Source: Zygnema circumcarinatum SAG 698-1b
Taxonomy: Eukaryota > Plantae > Zygnematophyceae
Direction of reading: 5' to 3'
Length of the DNA stretch: 64,000 nt
Assembly: GCA_037447605.1 (NCBI GenBank)
Contig: CM074804.1
Location: forward strand, 1,364,001 to 1,428,000
How positions within the stretch are numbered: the first letter of the stretch is position 1; every line of letters begins with the position of its first letter. The notes under the pieces are model-generated. The model made no database searches. It was not told the DNA's origin and saw only the letters and a list, made by a program, of their open reading frames with translations. Of the stretch, positions 27,401 through 39,937 are shown in pieces. The position numbers were made by a program, and so were the translations under genes.

Positions 27401-30400
27401 GATCAGGGTGTGAAGGTTAAGGGTTCAGGGTCCAAAATTCGGGATTCAGGGTTCAGGGTTCAGGGTCAAGTGTTCATTAGATGCATGAAGCAATAAGAAA
27501 CCAGCAGAGGGGTTCTTTTTGGGGAGAGGGTTTGAAACGACGGCAAATGCAAGTCACCTGAAAGGCGGCAAAAAAGGCCCTTGAAACGCCGGACTTCTCG
27601 AGAATGCGCTGCTGGGAGGGAGCTGCTGCGAAATTTATGAAAATAGCAATAAAGCCAATCATTTGGACTGTAAATAGGTAGGCGGGCACTAGCCAGCTGA
27701 GCACCTGCAGCGCCCTGCATGGAAGAGAAAGAAATACTTAGAATACACTAAGGGTCAATACATAAGAAAACGAAGAGGGAACATTCAAATATGGCATCTC
27801 NNNNNNNNNNGTTTCCGTACGCACTGGAGAGTGTGAAGAAGGAAAAAGAAAGGAAAGGGGGGAGGGAAGTGAGGGAGGGAGGAAAACATTAAAATACTTT
27901 ATACTTTAAACGTATATATATTTATATATGGGCATATACGTAGGAGAGTTGCTTTGAGAGGAAAACACCGGTGTTTGTTTTTAAGTCCGTTTAGGTTACT
28001 AGGGTCTGGAAGCTGGCTGAAGACCGTATGAACACTTGCAGAAGAAGAAAATTTCCATACCTTATGACCTCAAAAAATATGTTAAAGATGGTGAAGTTAC
28101 GGTCCGTTTCGATTTCATGGCTTTGAATTATACATATGATGAAAATTGCCAAAAAAATGAATGCCGAGTCTCTGGCGAGCAGCATTCGCCCCTGCGAGAG
28201 GAGGCTCTGATCCCTCTTGTCCTCCAAATCTCGAAAAATTCCGAGATCTAAATCATCGTATACTTCCGTTGACTCCCGCGAAGTTTGGCGGGAAAGGAAA
28301 ACAGGATACACGGCAACATACCTACCTTGAAATAAAAAAGAAAATATGAAGTTTAATAATTAAAAAAAGCAAATTGAAAATGAATAGCGCTCGTAGAGAA
28401 GGATATACATAGCCTGACTAAGCTCTTAACTTCAGCTTCGAAAGGTGTTCTTCAGACCGCTAAGCATGCCAGAAATCCTAAATCATGCTAGAAACCCTAA
28501 AAAGCAAGGAGAGAGAGAGAGAGAGAGAGGGGTTGCGCACATCATGACGATGTAGAGGACGAGCATGGCGGGAGAGAGCTCGCCGAGAGTGAGAACAAGA
28601 AAGCCCGAACTTCTAGTGTTCAGAGACTGGAAGAGCCCTACTTGAATCTTGTAACCGCCTGCATACAAAAAAGTAAAGTAGTCTCAAAACTGAAACAAAT
28701 GGGCCCATATCCCTCCATTTGACCAAGTCATTTAAAAGCAAACTGATCAACACTACTTACAAAAAAAGGGGTCAAGAAAAGTGGGGCCGCGTGGTAATAA
28801 TACTCTCCCACCCCCCTCTCTCTCTCTCTCTCTCCCTCTCTCTCTCTCTCCCTCCCCCCTCCCCCCTCCCCCCTTTCTCTCTCTCTCTCTCTCTCGCTCT
28901 CCCCCCCTCTCTCTCTCTCTCTCCCTCTCTCTCTCTCTCTCCCCCTCTCTCTCCCTCTCTCTCTCCCCCTCTCTCTCTCTCACCTGAGAGCGGCTCCAAC
29001 GCCGGCACATTCCAATCAAGAGAGCAGAAGGCGATGAGCTCCGACAGATTGAAGGCGACCACTGTCAGTATCAGCCACGCCGTGACGTCACGCGGAAAGA
29101 GGTGCGTGTAGCAGCGTCGGGGGTGGTCCAAGAGGTACTTGATTGTCTCCTTATGCGCGGGCGGCGCGAGGGCGTGCAGGGCCCGCAGGACCCCCCTCAG
29201 AGTGGGCGCGTACATGGTGTTGCCGAGCAGGATAAGGGCACCCACCACCAATAGCAGGAAGGTCGCCCTCTGGAAGTCGAACAGACTGGCGGAGAGCAGC
29301 ACCAGACCCGCGTTTTGGAACCCAGAGACAGTCTGCAGGGATAAGGGTTCAGGGTTTAGGGTTTAGGGTTTAGGGTTCAGGGTTTAGGGTGTAGGGTTCA
29401 GGGTTGGGTGGGATCCTCTGATTAGGATTTTAAAGTGGAAGGTTCGGGGTTCAGGGGTCAGGGTTCAAGGATCAGGGTGTGAAGGTTAAGGGTTCAGGGT
29501 CCAAAATTCGGGATTCAGGGTTCAGGGTTCAGGGTCAAGTGTTCATTAGATGCATGAAGCAATAAGAAACCAGCAGAGGGGTTCTTTTTGGGGAGAGGGT
29601 TTGAAACGACGGCAAATGCAAGTCACCTGAAAGGCGGCAAAAAAGGCCCTTGAAACGCCGGACTTCTCGAGAATGCGCTGCTGGGAGGGAGCTGCTGCGA
29701 AATTTATGAAAATAGCAATAAAGCCAATCATTTGGACTGTAAATAGGTAGGCGGGCACTAGCCAGCTGAGCACCTGCAGCGCCCTGCATGGAAGAGAAAG
29801 AAATACTTAGAATACACTAAGGGTCAATACATAAGAAAACGAAGAGGGAACATTCAAATATGGCATCTCAGAGCCTCAACAAATTTTAGGGTTTTCCAAA
29901 TCCTACTTGTACTCCACCGTGCGAAGCTCCGATGGGTTGACCTGCTTCTCTCCCCCATGCACACTCCCTTCTTTCTCACCCTCTACCACAACCCCACCCA
30001 TCTCTCGCTCCTTCTTCACTAGGTGTTCCTGCACCTCCTTCAACATCTGCCCCAGTTTTCGGGCAGACTCCCCGGACCACGTGTGGGAGTGGAAAGTAGA
30101 GGCATCTCTACCATTAGTGCTACTTTGCTGCTCTCTCTCTCTCTCCCTAGGGGAGTCCAGGGTTTGACGGTATAAGTCCATCTGTGACCGACTCAAAGGC
30201 GAGTCCGGACCATGCAGACTGTTGCTCAGAAAACTGCCGTTCCGAATTTCATTTGCTGTACTAATGCTGCTTCCTCCTCCTGCTTGAGATTCCGAAGACT
30301 GTGGAATCATGATTTCAAACCCAAATGCTGTATTTGTTGTTGACTGCTTTCCTTCGTTCCGTGCTGACTCACCGGCCCACGTACGGAAGCGGGGGAAACG

Positions 30401-32023
30401 AGCTGTATCTCTACCACTAGTGTTGATTGGCTGCTCTAACTCCCTAGGGGAGTCCCTGGATTGAATGTGTAAGTCAATCTGTGACCGACTTAAAGCAGAG
30501 ATCGAACCATTTAAGCTGCTGCTCCGTGAACTGCCGTTCCGAATGTCATTTGCTGTACGGTCACTGCTTCCTCCTGCTTGAGATTCCGAGGAGGATTGTG
30601 GAATCATTATTCCTGAGCCAAAGGCAGTGCTTGACTGCCTTTCTTCATCGATCGATTTTAGGGCAGTGAGTCCCACCTCTTTAAGCTGCTTGGTTTCCGC
30701 ACCCCCCTTTTTGGTATGTCGTTGAATATATAGATTGAAATAGTGACGCCTTACAAGCACAGGAAGCAGGGAGGTGAAAACATGCCCCCCCACTATGATA
30801 AGACACATGAGCACCACCTGATCAAAATCAGAAAACTCCTGCATGTCAATGCTGTTTAACCCCACCACGCAGCCTGCAGAAGCAGCGTTGAAGAGTGCAT
30901 CTGCAAAGGAGATTTTGAAGTCCGGCCTCCTCTTTGGAGAGAGCCATAGTATGATGGACCCCACCGACACATTGCAAACTATGTACAGAAAGTGCAGTCG
31001 GTAAAAAGTGAGTAGAGAAGAGTCCAAAACGGGCAGTCGCCAGCAGCATATCCTCCTCCCTGCCTTCCTCCACCTCCGAATAAAAGAAAAGGGGCGAACT
31101 TTGAAGGAGGAGGGGGCCCAACTGCCGGCCCGAAGGGGGGGGGGGTCCGGGATCTGTGGGAGAGTGTCTGTGAAGTAGCTGCATGCATGGGGACGGGGTT
31201 AGGGTTGAGGGGGGAGAGGACGAGAGGGATGAGGAGGTAGAGGGGGAGGGAGGAAGGGAGGGGAGGAAGGGAGTGAGGGGTGAGGGAGACTTGAGGGGAG
31301 AGAAGAGAAGAGGAAGAGTGGAAGGGAAGAGGGGAGGAGGAGGGGGAGGGGGAGGAGGAGGGGCAGGGGGAGGGGGAGAGTGGAGTAGGAGGGAGAAGGA
31401 AGGGGGAAAGGGGGATGCGGAGAGGGAAGGGGGATGGAGGGGAATGGGGGGAGAGGGATGGGGGGGGGAAGAGGAATGGGAGAGGAAGGAAGAGCGGGAG
31501 TGGATGGAGTGGGATGAAGAAATGCGAGGGAGGAGCAGAACGGGGGGAGGGAGGGGATAGAAGGGGGAAATGACGGGAGGCTGGAGGTCGATGGGGAGGG
31601 CAGATGGTGGGAGAGAGCGAGGAGGAACGGAGAAGAGGGGGGAAAGAGGGGAGGCCGAGCGAGGATGCGGGTGAGAAGAGCGATAAGACAGAAAAGGGAA
31701 ATATAAATCATGGGGAATGGAGGCGAAAGGAAGAGTGCAAGGAGATTGAAAAGGCCGGGAAGAAGATAAAGGGCTGGAGACGAAGGGAACACTATAAGTT
31801 TAAAAAAAAAAAGTAATGGAAAGAAATGAAAAGTGATCCTAGAGCAAAAGGACCTTTTCTCCAAGCACCTGCTAGAGTGTGAGACGTGCGAGTCTGCGCT
31901 CTCCTCCGGCACGTGCGGGCCCTGCCACCCTGAAAGGGTCGGCCTGCCATCCCTCAGCCGCGGGCCGCTGCTTCCATCCTCCCGTTCGACCTCCCATGGC
32001 CTCAAGGGCTCCGCCTGCGCCAT
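24428..32023 (-). CDS. HKT: Trk/HKT-family cation transporter, 10 exons: 32023-31869, 31178-29907, 29783-29627, 29332-28984, 28658-28541, 28321-28061, 25757-25666, 25250-25107, 24790-24685, 24521-24428 (exons 3-6 duplicated at 25995-27714, probably artefactually)
   Basis: Four MPM units: ASAGCVVGLNS, TVSGFQNAGL, LNTRSSGF and SAYGNVGLSIG, plus the C-terminal LLGRHRGLP..ID motif. All junction phases are consistent. Confidence 0.92.
25265..25562 (+). repeat. G-rich degenerate repeat (GGGGGTAGGGTTGAG-like; G-quadruplex-capable), C-rich on the Trk sense strand before exon 8
   Basis: Repeated runs of 4-8 G separated by tag/ttga. Confidence 0.8.
25745..29869. other. Near-identical 2.06-kb direct duplication (25745-27800 = 27811-29869) joined by a 10-N gap; probable unmerged contig overlap
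   Basis: Breakpoints coincide exactly with the N run at 27801-27810. The one difference noticed is a 3-nt length change in a CT tract (offset 2066 becomes 2069). Confidence 0.9.
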
Positions 32024-32082
32024 CGCTTCTCAAGACTAAGGCTTCCCTGAAGAGAAAAAGAGAGAGAGAGAGAGAGAGAGGG

Positions 32083-32127
<45 letters not shown>

Positions 32128-32137
32128 NNNNNNNNNN
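32128..32137. other. Assembly gap (10 N) inside a GA microsatellite; similar gaps at 27801-27810, 41458-41467 and 60458-60467
   Basis: Runs of n in the sequence. Confidence 0.99.
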
Positions 32138-32268
32138 AGAGAGAGAGAGAGAGAGAGAGAGAAAGAGCGAGAGAGAGAAAGAGCGAGAGAGGGAGAGAGA
32201 GAAAGAGAGAGAGGAGAGAGAGGAGAGAGAGAGAGAGAGAGAAAGAGGGAAAGAGAGAGAGAGAGAGT

Positions 32269-32307
<39 letters not shown>

Positions 32308-34789
32308 GGGGGAAGGCAAGGGGAGGGGAAAGGGGAATGGGAGGAGGAGGAGGAGGGGGAGGGGGAGGGGAGGGGGTACGACAGCACGAGAGAATGGGAG
32401 GAGACAGAAAAAATAGAGTGAGAGAGAGCGAGAAGATATGGTAAGGTAGCACGAGGGAACGAGGGTAATGGAACGAGAGAGGGCAAGAGAGAAAAAAGTT
32501 CAGAAGACGACCCAAAAATCCCAACGGAACATAGCTGGACGGTGCAGCGGATCAGAGGATCACCCAAGGCCATTACATGGTGTAAACGGCCCTGTTGTTT
32601 GGACTCAGGAAGAGGGTGATTTCATGCAAGTACAGAACTGGCATCATCAAATATGAAACTCTTCGGTTAACCATTCTGCAGACATGAAAAAAAAAACATG
32701 AGATGAATTCGTCTTGACAAATTAAAGAAAAAAACTACAATTAAAATAATAATTTGGGCTAAATTTCCGAAATCTTCAAAACTGAAGACATGTTTGAAGA
32801 TGACGACATGTTTGTGATGTGATGAAGTAAGCGCTCTATCCGTAGTTGTACCAAAGTCTTTTAAAAAAAAATGAGCTTTCCAAAAAAGAGGATTTGTCGC
32901 AATTGTTTAAAAATTAAAAAATTAAGAAATGTTTTCTCTCTACCATTATCCCCAAACCTTTACCATTCTTGCATCACTCTCTATGAACTGGAAATAGTTC
33001 AAGAATGGTAAACTGACTTCGGAATGAAAAGGAAGACATGATGCATGATGACATGACGACATGACATCATGATGACATCCCATACATACATGCACTGCTC
33101 ACTCAGTATAGATCACCGAAGCGGAGCAACATGACATCTGATTCACACTGCAAGGATGGCTACATCTCTGCACCTTCCCCCTCTCTCTTCCCCTCTCTCT
33201 CGCGCCCTCTACCTGCCTCCCTCCCTCCAATATGTGTCTTCTTTTTCCCTCCTGTTTTCTTCTCCCTCCCTGTCACCCACTCCCTCCACCGATTCCCGTC
33301 CCTCTCCTTCCCTCGCTTTGCCTCTCTCTTCCTCTCTCCCCCTTCCTCTCCTTGTCTCCCTCCCTCTTCCCTCGCTCCTATCCTCTCTCTCTCTCCCTCC
33401 AACATCGCCCCCTACTCCACTCTCACCCGTACAGTTCCGTACACACCGCGAGGCGCAGAGATAAAACCTCCGCTTTTTAAGCTGTCCGCCACCTTCGCAC
33501 GTGCGATCACCTCTCCATAGCTTACGATGGTGGAGGGAGAGGGTGCGGGAGAGGCTCAGAGGGAGGGAAAAAAGAGGGAGGGAGAGGGAGAGGGACAGGG
33601 AGAGGCAGCCCCCTGCGACAGGGGAGCGCCCGCGAGCAGATCACTACTGACTCACATCACAGGTTTCTTGTAAGACACCGACGGTTTGTGTACGATCATG
33701 ACGTCACTATGAAGTAAATCCAACTTAAAATGACGGCATTAAACCGATTCTGGTGTAGGTATGTCTTTTTTCCGTACGAACCGTCGAAGTCCGTCGATTG
33801 TTTGTACGGGCGTAATGATGACGTCGCAGGAAAGTCAGAGGCCATGCTGCCATCCAGATTTTTTGCTGTACGGTCAGTCCACGTAGAGACCCTAGGCCTT
33901 TTCAACCAATCAGAAACTTTCGTTGGCGTAGGCGTGTCATGTGGCACCGCCTGGTTGGCCAACCGGTCATTTTTTATAAAAAAAAAAAAATGCATTCTCG
34001 GGATTCCGGAAGTGTTCTGAAAGCCCCTTTCAGAAAAAAAAAAAATCAAAATCCTTTTTTTTTTTTTTTTTCCTTTTAGCATTATTGGGGCGCTCTGTGC
34101 ACTTAACATTCGACAGCCGTAGAGGGGGGGTGGTACGGACGGGGCAGAGGGAGGCCGCCGGCGGGCCTAATTCTGCGTAAGTGGCACATCCACGTGGCAA
34201 TATTTACACGTGACATACCGTCAGTGGCTACCGCTCAACAGGTGATACGGAGAGATTAGGGATGGCTCTGTGTCCGTACAAGGCAGTTTCAGATACGGAA
34301 TTAAAATAGGAAAATGATACAGCCGCCCCACTTTTTAAATATCCACGCCCCCTTTCGGGAAAAAATGTACTTTCATTTTGGCTAATCACGTCCCCCCCTC
34401 GGATCTTTCGGGAGGAGAGATCTTGTAGACAATCGGACCCCGCGCCTCGCGCGCAGGATCCGACTGTGCACCGACGTACGGCGCCGCGAATCGCGGCGCG
34501 GCCCGCGAGATGCGGCGAGCCTACGGAAACGTTGTCCTGTTTTGTCGTTGCGTTGTTGTGCCTAGGCGTAGTTTTCCGCTCCTAGCTTCGTTTTATTGTG
34601 TTTCGGTCCTTTGTGACCAGTCCTTCGTGGTTCCACATTTTGCCTTTGTCCATGTAAATTTGATGGCCTCGCCATCGCGAGTTCAATGAAAGTTTCCCCT
34701 TCGATTTGAGGATGCCTGCCTGCCTATGAGGCGTGGCGGTGCAATGACAGCAAGGTGGCGTGTCGCACGACTCCTGCGAGCCACATGTC

Positions 34790-34885
34790 CTATGCATGGC
34801 ATGGCATCATGGCATGGGCATGGCATGGCATGATGGCATGGCATGGCATGATGGCATGGCATGATGGCATGGCATGGCATGGCAT
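34790..34885 (+). repeat. (ATGGC)n pentanucleotide repeat upstream of DAK
   Basis: atggcatggcatcatggcatgg... units with occasional atg insertions. Confidence 0.85.
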
Positions 34886-35182
34886 CCTATCTGCCATGCA
34901 AGGCATACCAGTCATGGCCATGCCGGCGCATGCTGAATGTCGCCATCATCGGGCGCGGATGGCTCGAAGCCTCACCACTGTCATCAATCAAGCCAATGGT
35001 CTTATCCGCGCAGAGCCAGCAGCTGGCCTGTCCGCGAGAGCCATTGCCGCATACTGGAAGCGCTTTTAAGGTTTGTATTTGTGCTGGCATCGAATTTGGA
35101 GAGCCGGAGGGTTTCGATACCGTGCAACTGTCAATGTCTCATTTTCCTTGGTAGATAATCGGCAGGCGCAGCAGTCAGCTGC

Positions 35183-35280
<98 letters not shown>

Positions 35281-35422
35281 TTTTCTCTCTTTCTCTGTCT
35301 CGCTCTCCTCCATATCTGTAGATAAGAGCTGTGCACGGAATTAATTTCAGAAATTGTTGAGGAATAGCTGGCATTGGTTTCACATTTCAAGTCCCATCCG
35401 GACTTGCCGTCTCCTACGAGCC

Positions 35423-38400
35423 ATGGCAACCGCAAAGAAGTTCATCAACGACCCTGCCAGTACGCCACTTCATAAACATTCTTTGAAAAAAACGGTGGAC
35501 GAAGCAGCATACGGACAATGAACGAGAACAAAGAATAAGGAATGATAAAAAAGGATGCAAAAATTCTCTTATATTTTGTCGCCCAGAAATTCGGCATTTA
35601 CAATTGGCAGCTACATTCAGATAAAAAGTAAATCAGCAAAAGAAGATGAGAATTGTACCGAATTTTTGAAGCTAAGAATTGACTAACGTAGTCAATTAAT
35701 TAGCTAAATCTTGAAGCTAAGGGCTGAAGCTAAGACTTGAAGTGAAGAATTTGAAGCTCGACACTGAAACTAGGGACAAGATTGAGAATTGAAGCAGAGA
35801 CTAGCTGGTTAGTTAGCCATCTAATTAGTGAGCTTGACTTGGAGTTCAGTTTTGGAGCCGAATTGCAGTGAAATATAGAAAGAAAGCTAAGGATTGAACT
35901 TAGAAACTGACACTCAGATTTTGGAGCCAAATTTGAAGCTCTTATTTGGTGAGCTCTAATTGTGCAGATGCGGTGGAAGAAATGATCGAAGGGCTCGTGG
36001 AGACGTACCCTCATCTGCAGTATCTCGACGGCTTTCCGGATGTGAGTGTCACATTTTTCGTCGCTGAGATGTTTTGCAGAATGCTGTTGATGCTTACAAA
36101 CCCTAATTTTCGGTTTGCACGAAGGCAGAAGACCTGTCACAAGAGCGAAGATGGCATCATTGAACAATCAGAAGTCCTGCAAGTAATGACCAATTCTCAC
36201 AACGTGAGGGAGGCCCTCACTGGAGAAAGAAACTAACAACCAAGCAATAACTAGTTAGTTAGTAACGTAGACTTGTACATATAGCCAGCTCGTCAGGATG
36301 ATTGCATCACTTGAATAACATGGAAAATTTCCCTTTTTTTGTTCAGGTCAAAGTTGTTCTTCGTGCCGGCATCCCTCGCGGGTCCTACTCGAAGGTGGCT
36401 CTCATATCAGGTGACTTCCAGCTCTATTTGAACGCTTTACTTTGGACTAGACAAGACTGGTCATTTAATCAACAGTTGTTTATTCGTTTTGGGAACTTTT
36501 GTGCATGTTTATAGTTCTGCAAACCGATCATTTGGGGGGTATCAGGTGGCGGGAGTGGGCACGAGCCGGCGCATGCGGGGTTTGTGGGAGAGGGAATGCT
36601 CACTGCGGCTGTGTGCGGAGACGTCTTTGCTTCGCCCTCCGTCACGGCAGTGCTCATGGTGAGTGGGAGAGGGAGGGCGAGGAGTAGGGGGAGAGTGGAA
36701 GAGGAGGGGGAGGGAGAGAGAGTAGGGGAGGGGGGAGGGTAAGAGAGTAAGAGGAGACGGGCAGGGAGAGGAAGAAATAAAGTGGGAGGGGAGAAAGGGA
36801 AACAGGGAGGAAGACTGCAGGGAGAGGGGACGAAAGGCGAGAAAAAGGAGGTAGAGAGAAGACATTAATTAGCCAAGTTTAGCCTTAATTTGAATTCAAT
36901 CCTTAAATGCCCGTGGGCATGTCTGGTATTTTTTTCCCTTTTTCAGGCCATACGAGCAGTGACAGGCCCCCCCGGTTGCCTCCTCATTGTAAAGGTGGGC
37001 CCCGCTTTCCCTTTTTCCGCATCCTTATTCCTTCAAAATGCATTCAGTCTAGTAATCTCAAGCAACGGAAGATTGAATGTAGTTTTTTTTTTTTCTACGT
37101 CTGTTGCTTTGCGCGCATAGTCTTCAGAAAGCTATCTTCAGCGTTAGGTAACTTCGAACTTCGTACTTTGTCATAAAGATGCAGTAGCCATTGAATTGTT
37201 AGGCCTCATTGAACTATGTTCTACTTTTTTTTGTTTTTTTTCTCTGAGAGGTGGCACAGAACTACACGGGAGATCGTCTCAATTTTGGCCTCGCAGCTGA
37301 GCAGGCCAAATCAGAAGGCTTCAAAGTGGAGGTGATTGGGAGATAAGCGAACAGCTGAGAGGGCGAGTGAGAGTGTGAGAGAGAGAGAGTGAGAGCGAGA
37401 GAGAGTGAGAGAAAGAGGGAGAGAGAGAGAGCGCGAGAGAGGGAGAGAGAGAGGGGGGAGGAGAAGGAGAGTGAGAGCAAGGAGGTGGGAAGAGCTGTTT
37501 GTAACCTCAAAAGCGCAGGAAGCTCGTGATCTCCTGGAAGTAACTGTATTGGGAGCCGAAGAAGTAAACCCTAAACCTTTCACCTTCTAATTTTACCTTC
37601 TGATGGGCATTTTTCGGTTATATGGGAGATTGTTGCAGGTGGTTATAGTGGGAGATGATTGTGCCCTTCCCCCCCCTCGCGGAGTGGCGGGACGGCGAGG
37701 GTTGGCAGGGACTCTCTTTGTGCATAAGGTGCGGGCAGTCCATACACTGTTCTTCATAATTTGTTTGAGATTTTAAGAATTTGGTTCTGAGTCAATTTCC
37801 TGTAGGACTGATGGTGAGCAATATTGCATTCATACCCATGCGTCAACGTGACAAATAACAAGAGGGAGATTATCTCTGGTTCGATTGCATTCAAATGCGA
37901 ACTTCAATGTTGCTGAGTACATGCCTTCGAACCCCTTATTCGTGATTAGGCGCAGAGTGCATGCTTATGTTCATCCATCCATTCATTCATTCAGGTCATG
38001 TTTTAATTTCGTTTTTTTATTTTTAGTAATTCATTCACCCTATGTCGTACAGTTTATCTATGTGCTGTTGCTTGTAGTGCAACCTGCTAAAGAAATGTCT
38101 TTTTTGGCGCAATAAACCCACGTTGTAGTCCAACGACATTTTATTTCGCATTGTGCCAAAGTCGCTTTGTTTCCGGCGCACTCCCATCACATGGCATGTC
38201 CTTATCCCATGCCCATCATGGCGTTTGTCACGTTGTGCCACGTCACTGTCCACACGTGTGCCAGGTGGCGGGCGCAGCGGCGGAGGCGGGCCTGAGTCTC
38301 CCGGAGGTGGCCCTGGAGGCGCGCCACGTGGCGGGCCACGTGGGCACCATGGGCGCGGGCCTGACCGTGGGAACCCTCCCGGGGGGGACCGCCTCGGACC

Positions 38401-38684
38401 GCCTCGGACCGACCAAGATGGAACTCGGCCTCGGAATTGTACGGACCGCTCTCTCCTCCCCTCTCCTCTCTCTCTCTCTATCGATCACTCTCTCTCTCCC
38501 TCTCTCTTTCTCTGTCTCTGTCTATCACTCTCTCTCCCTCTCTCTTTCTCTCTCTGTCTCTGTCTATCACTCTCTCTCCCTCTCTCTTTCTCTGTCTCTG
38601 TCTATCACTCTCTCTCTCTCTCTCCGTCTTTCTCGACGAACCTGCGCATGCTTTTTCCAGCCTTCCCCCCTACTCTCTTGCTCC

Positions 38685-38715
<31 letters not shown>

Positions 38716-39886
38716 CCTTGCTGTCCCCAGCCTCCTGCCCCCGTCTCTATCTCACTCTCTCGTTTTCTGTCTTTCTCCCGCTGCTTCTTTCTCACCCCCA
38801 TTGCTGCTGGATGACTGATTTTTAATCGTTCCGTTGTCGGCCTATCCCTACCTACCACGATCTCCCTCATCATTACTCTCACAGCGTTGACTTTTGACTT
38901 TTGAGTTTTGGCAGCACGGCGAGCCGGGGGCTGCGGTGGTGGACCTGCAGCCGGTGGACGTAGTGGTGGCGCATATTTTGAACCAGATTTTGAATCCGGT
39001 GAGTGGAATCCAACAAAGTAGTGATGTTTTGTTTGTTGGAGTATTGAAGCTTCCAGACATACTGTTGGGGGCTCTCCCTTCACATACGATCTCATTTAGA
39101 TTTTGGACTATTTTGAAGAAGTAAACGTCCTTATCATTATCCATGACGAAAATCTTTTGTATGGAATTTAATCGGAGTCTGACTGCTTAGTACTATCGTG
39201 GTTGACGTCGGGGCTTCGCTTTTCAGGAGAGAAACTATATCCCGGTGAAGCTCGGGAGCAGAGTAGCATTGCTTGTAAACAGGTGCTTTTTCTTGCCTTT
39301 GTTTTTTTTTCCTGAGAATCTTGAATCTACAAAGCATCTCAAGCCATGAACAAGATGAATGAGGGTTTTAATGAATTGCTTGCAATGCTTCCCACTCCTC
39401 TATGATTCCACAGACATCACCTCAAACATATAACTTTTTTTCTTTCGTCCTTTCATCCAATCTTTTGATCAACGTTGGTGCCTTCTTGTGGAGCTCTCTC
39501 TGTACCTCTCGCTTTCCTTCGTTTTCTCGTTATTTCTCTTTTCAATCTCTCTCCTAGACTTCTGACTTTCTCTGACGGATCTTCCTTGTGGGGTCTCTCT
39601 CATTCTTATGTCTTTGTCTCCTTCCCTCTCTCTGTCTTCTCCTCATGGGCTCTTTCTTCTTCCGTCCGGTTCTCCACTCCTTCGAGTGGAGTGCTCTCAC
39701 TTTCTGGCTGTCTCAATCACCCCTCTACCTTTCTCCCTACAATTGCTCCTATCGCTTTCGCCATCTCCTTGTCCCCCTCCTCCCCTCCTCCCCTCGTCCC
39801 CTCCCCTCCTCCCCCCTCCTCCCCCCTTCGTCCCCTTCGTCCCCTTCCACCCCCCTCCCCCTCCCCGTCCCCCTCCCCCTCTCTCC

Positions 39887-39937
<51 letters not shown>

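Noticed and set aside
25925-27720. Second Trk/HKT paralogue or real exon duplication
   Set aside because: Near-identical copy ending exactly at an N gap; most parsimoniously an unmerged overlap.
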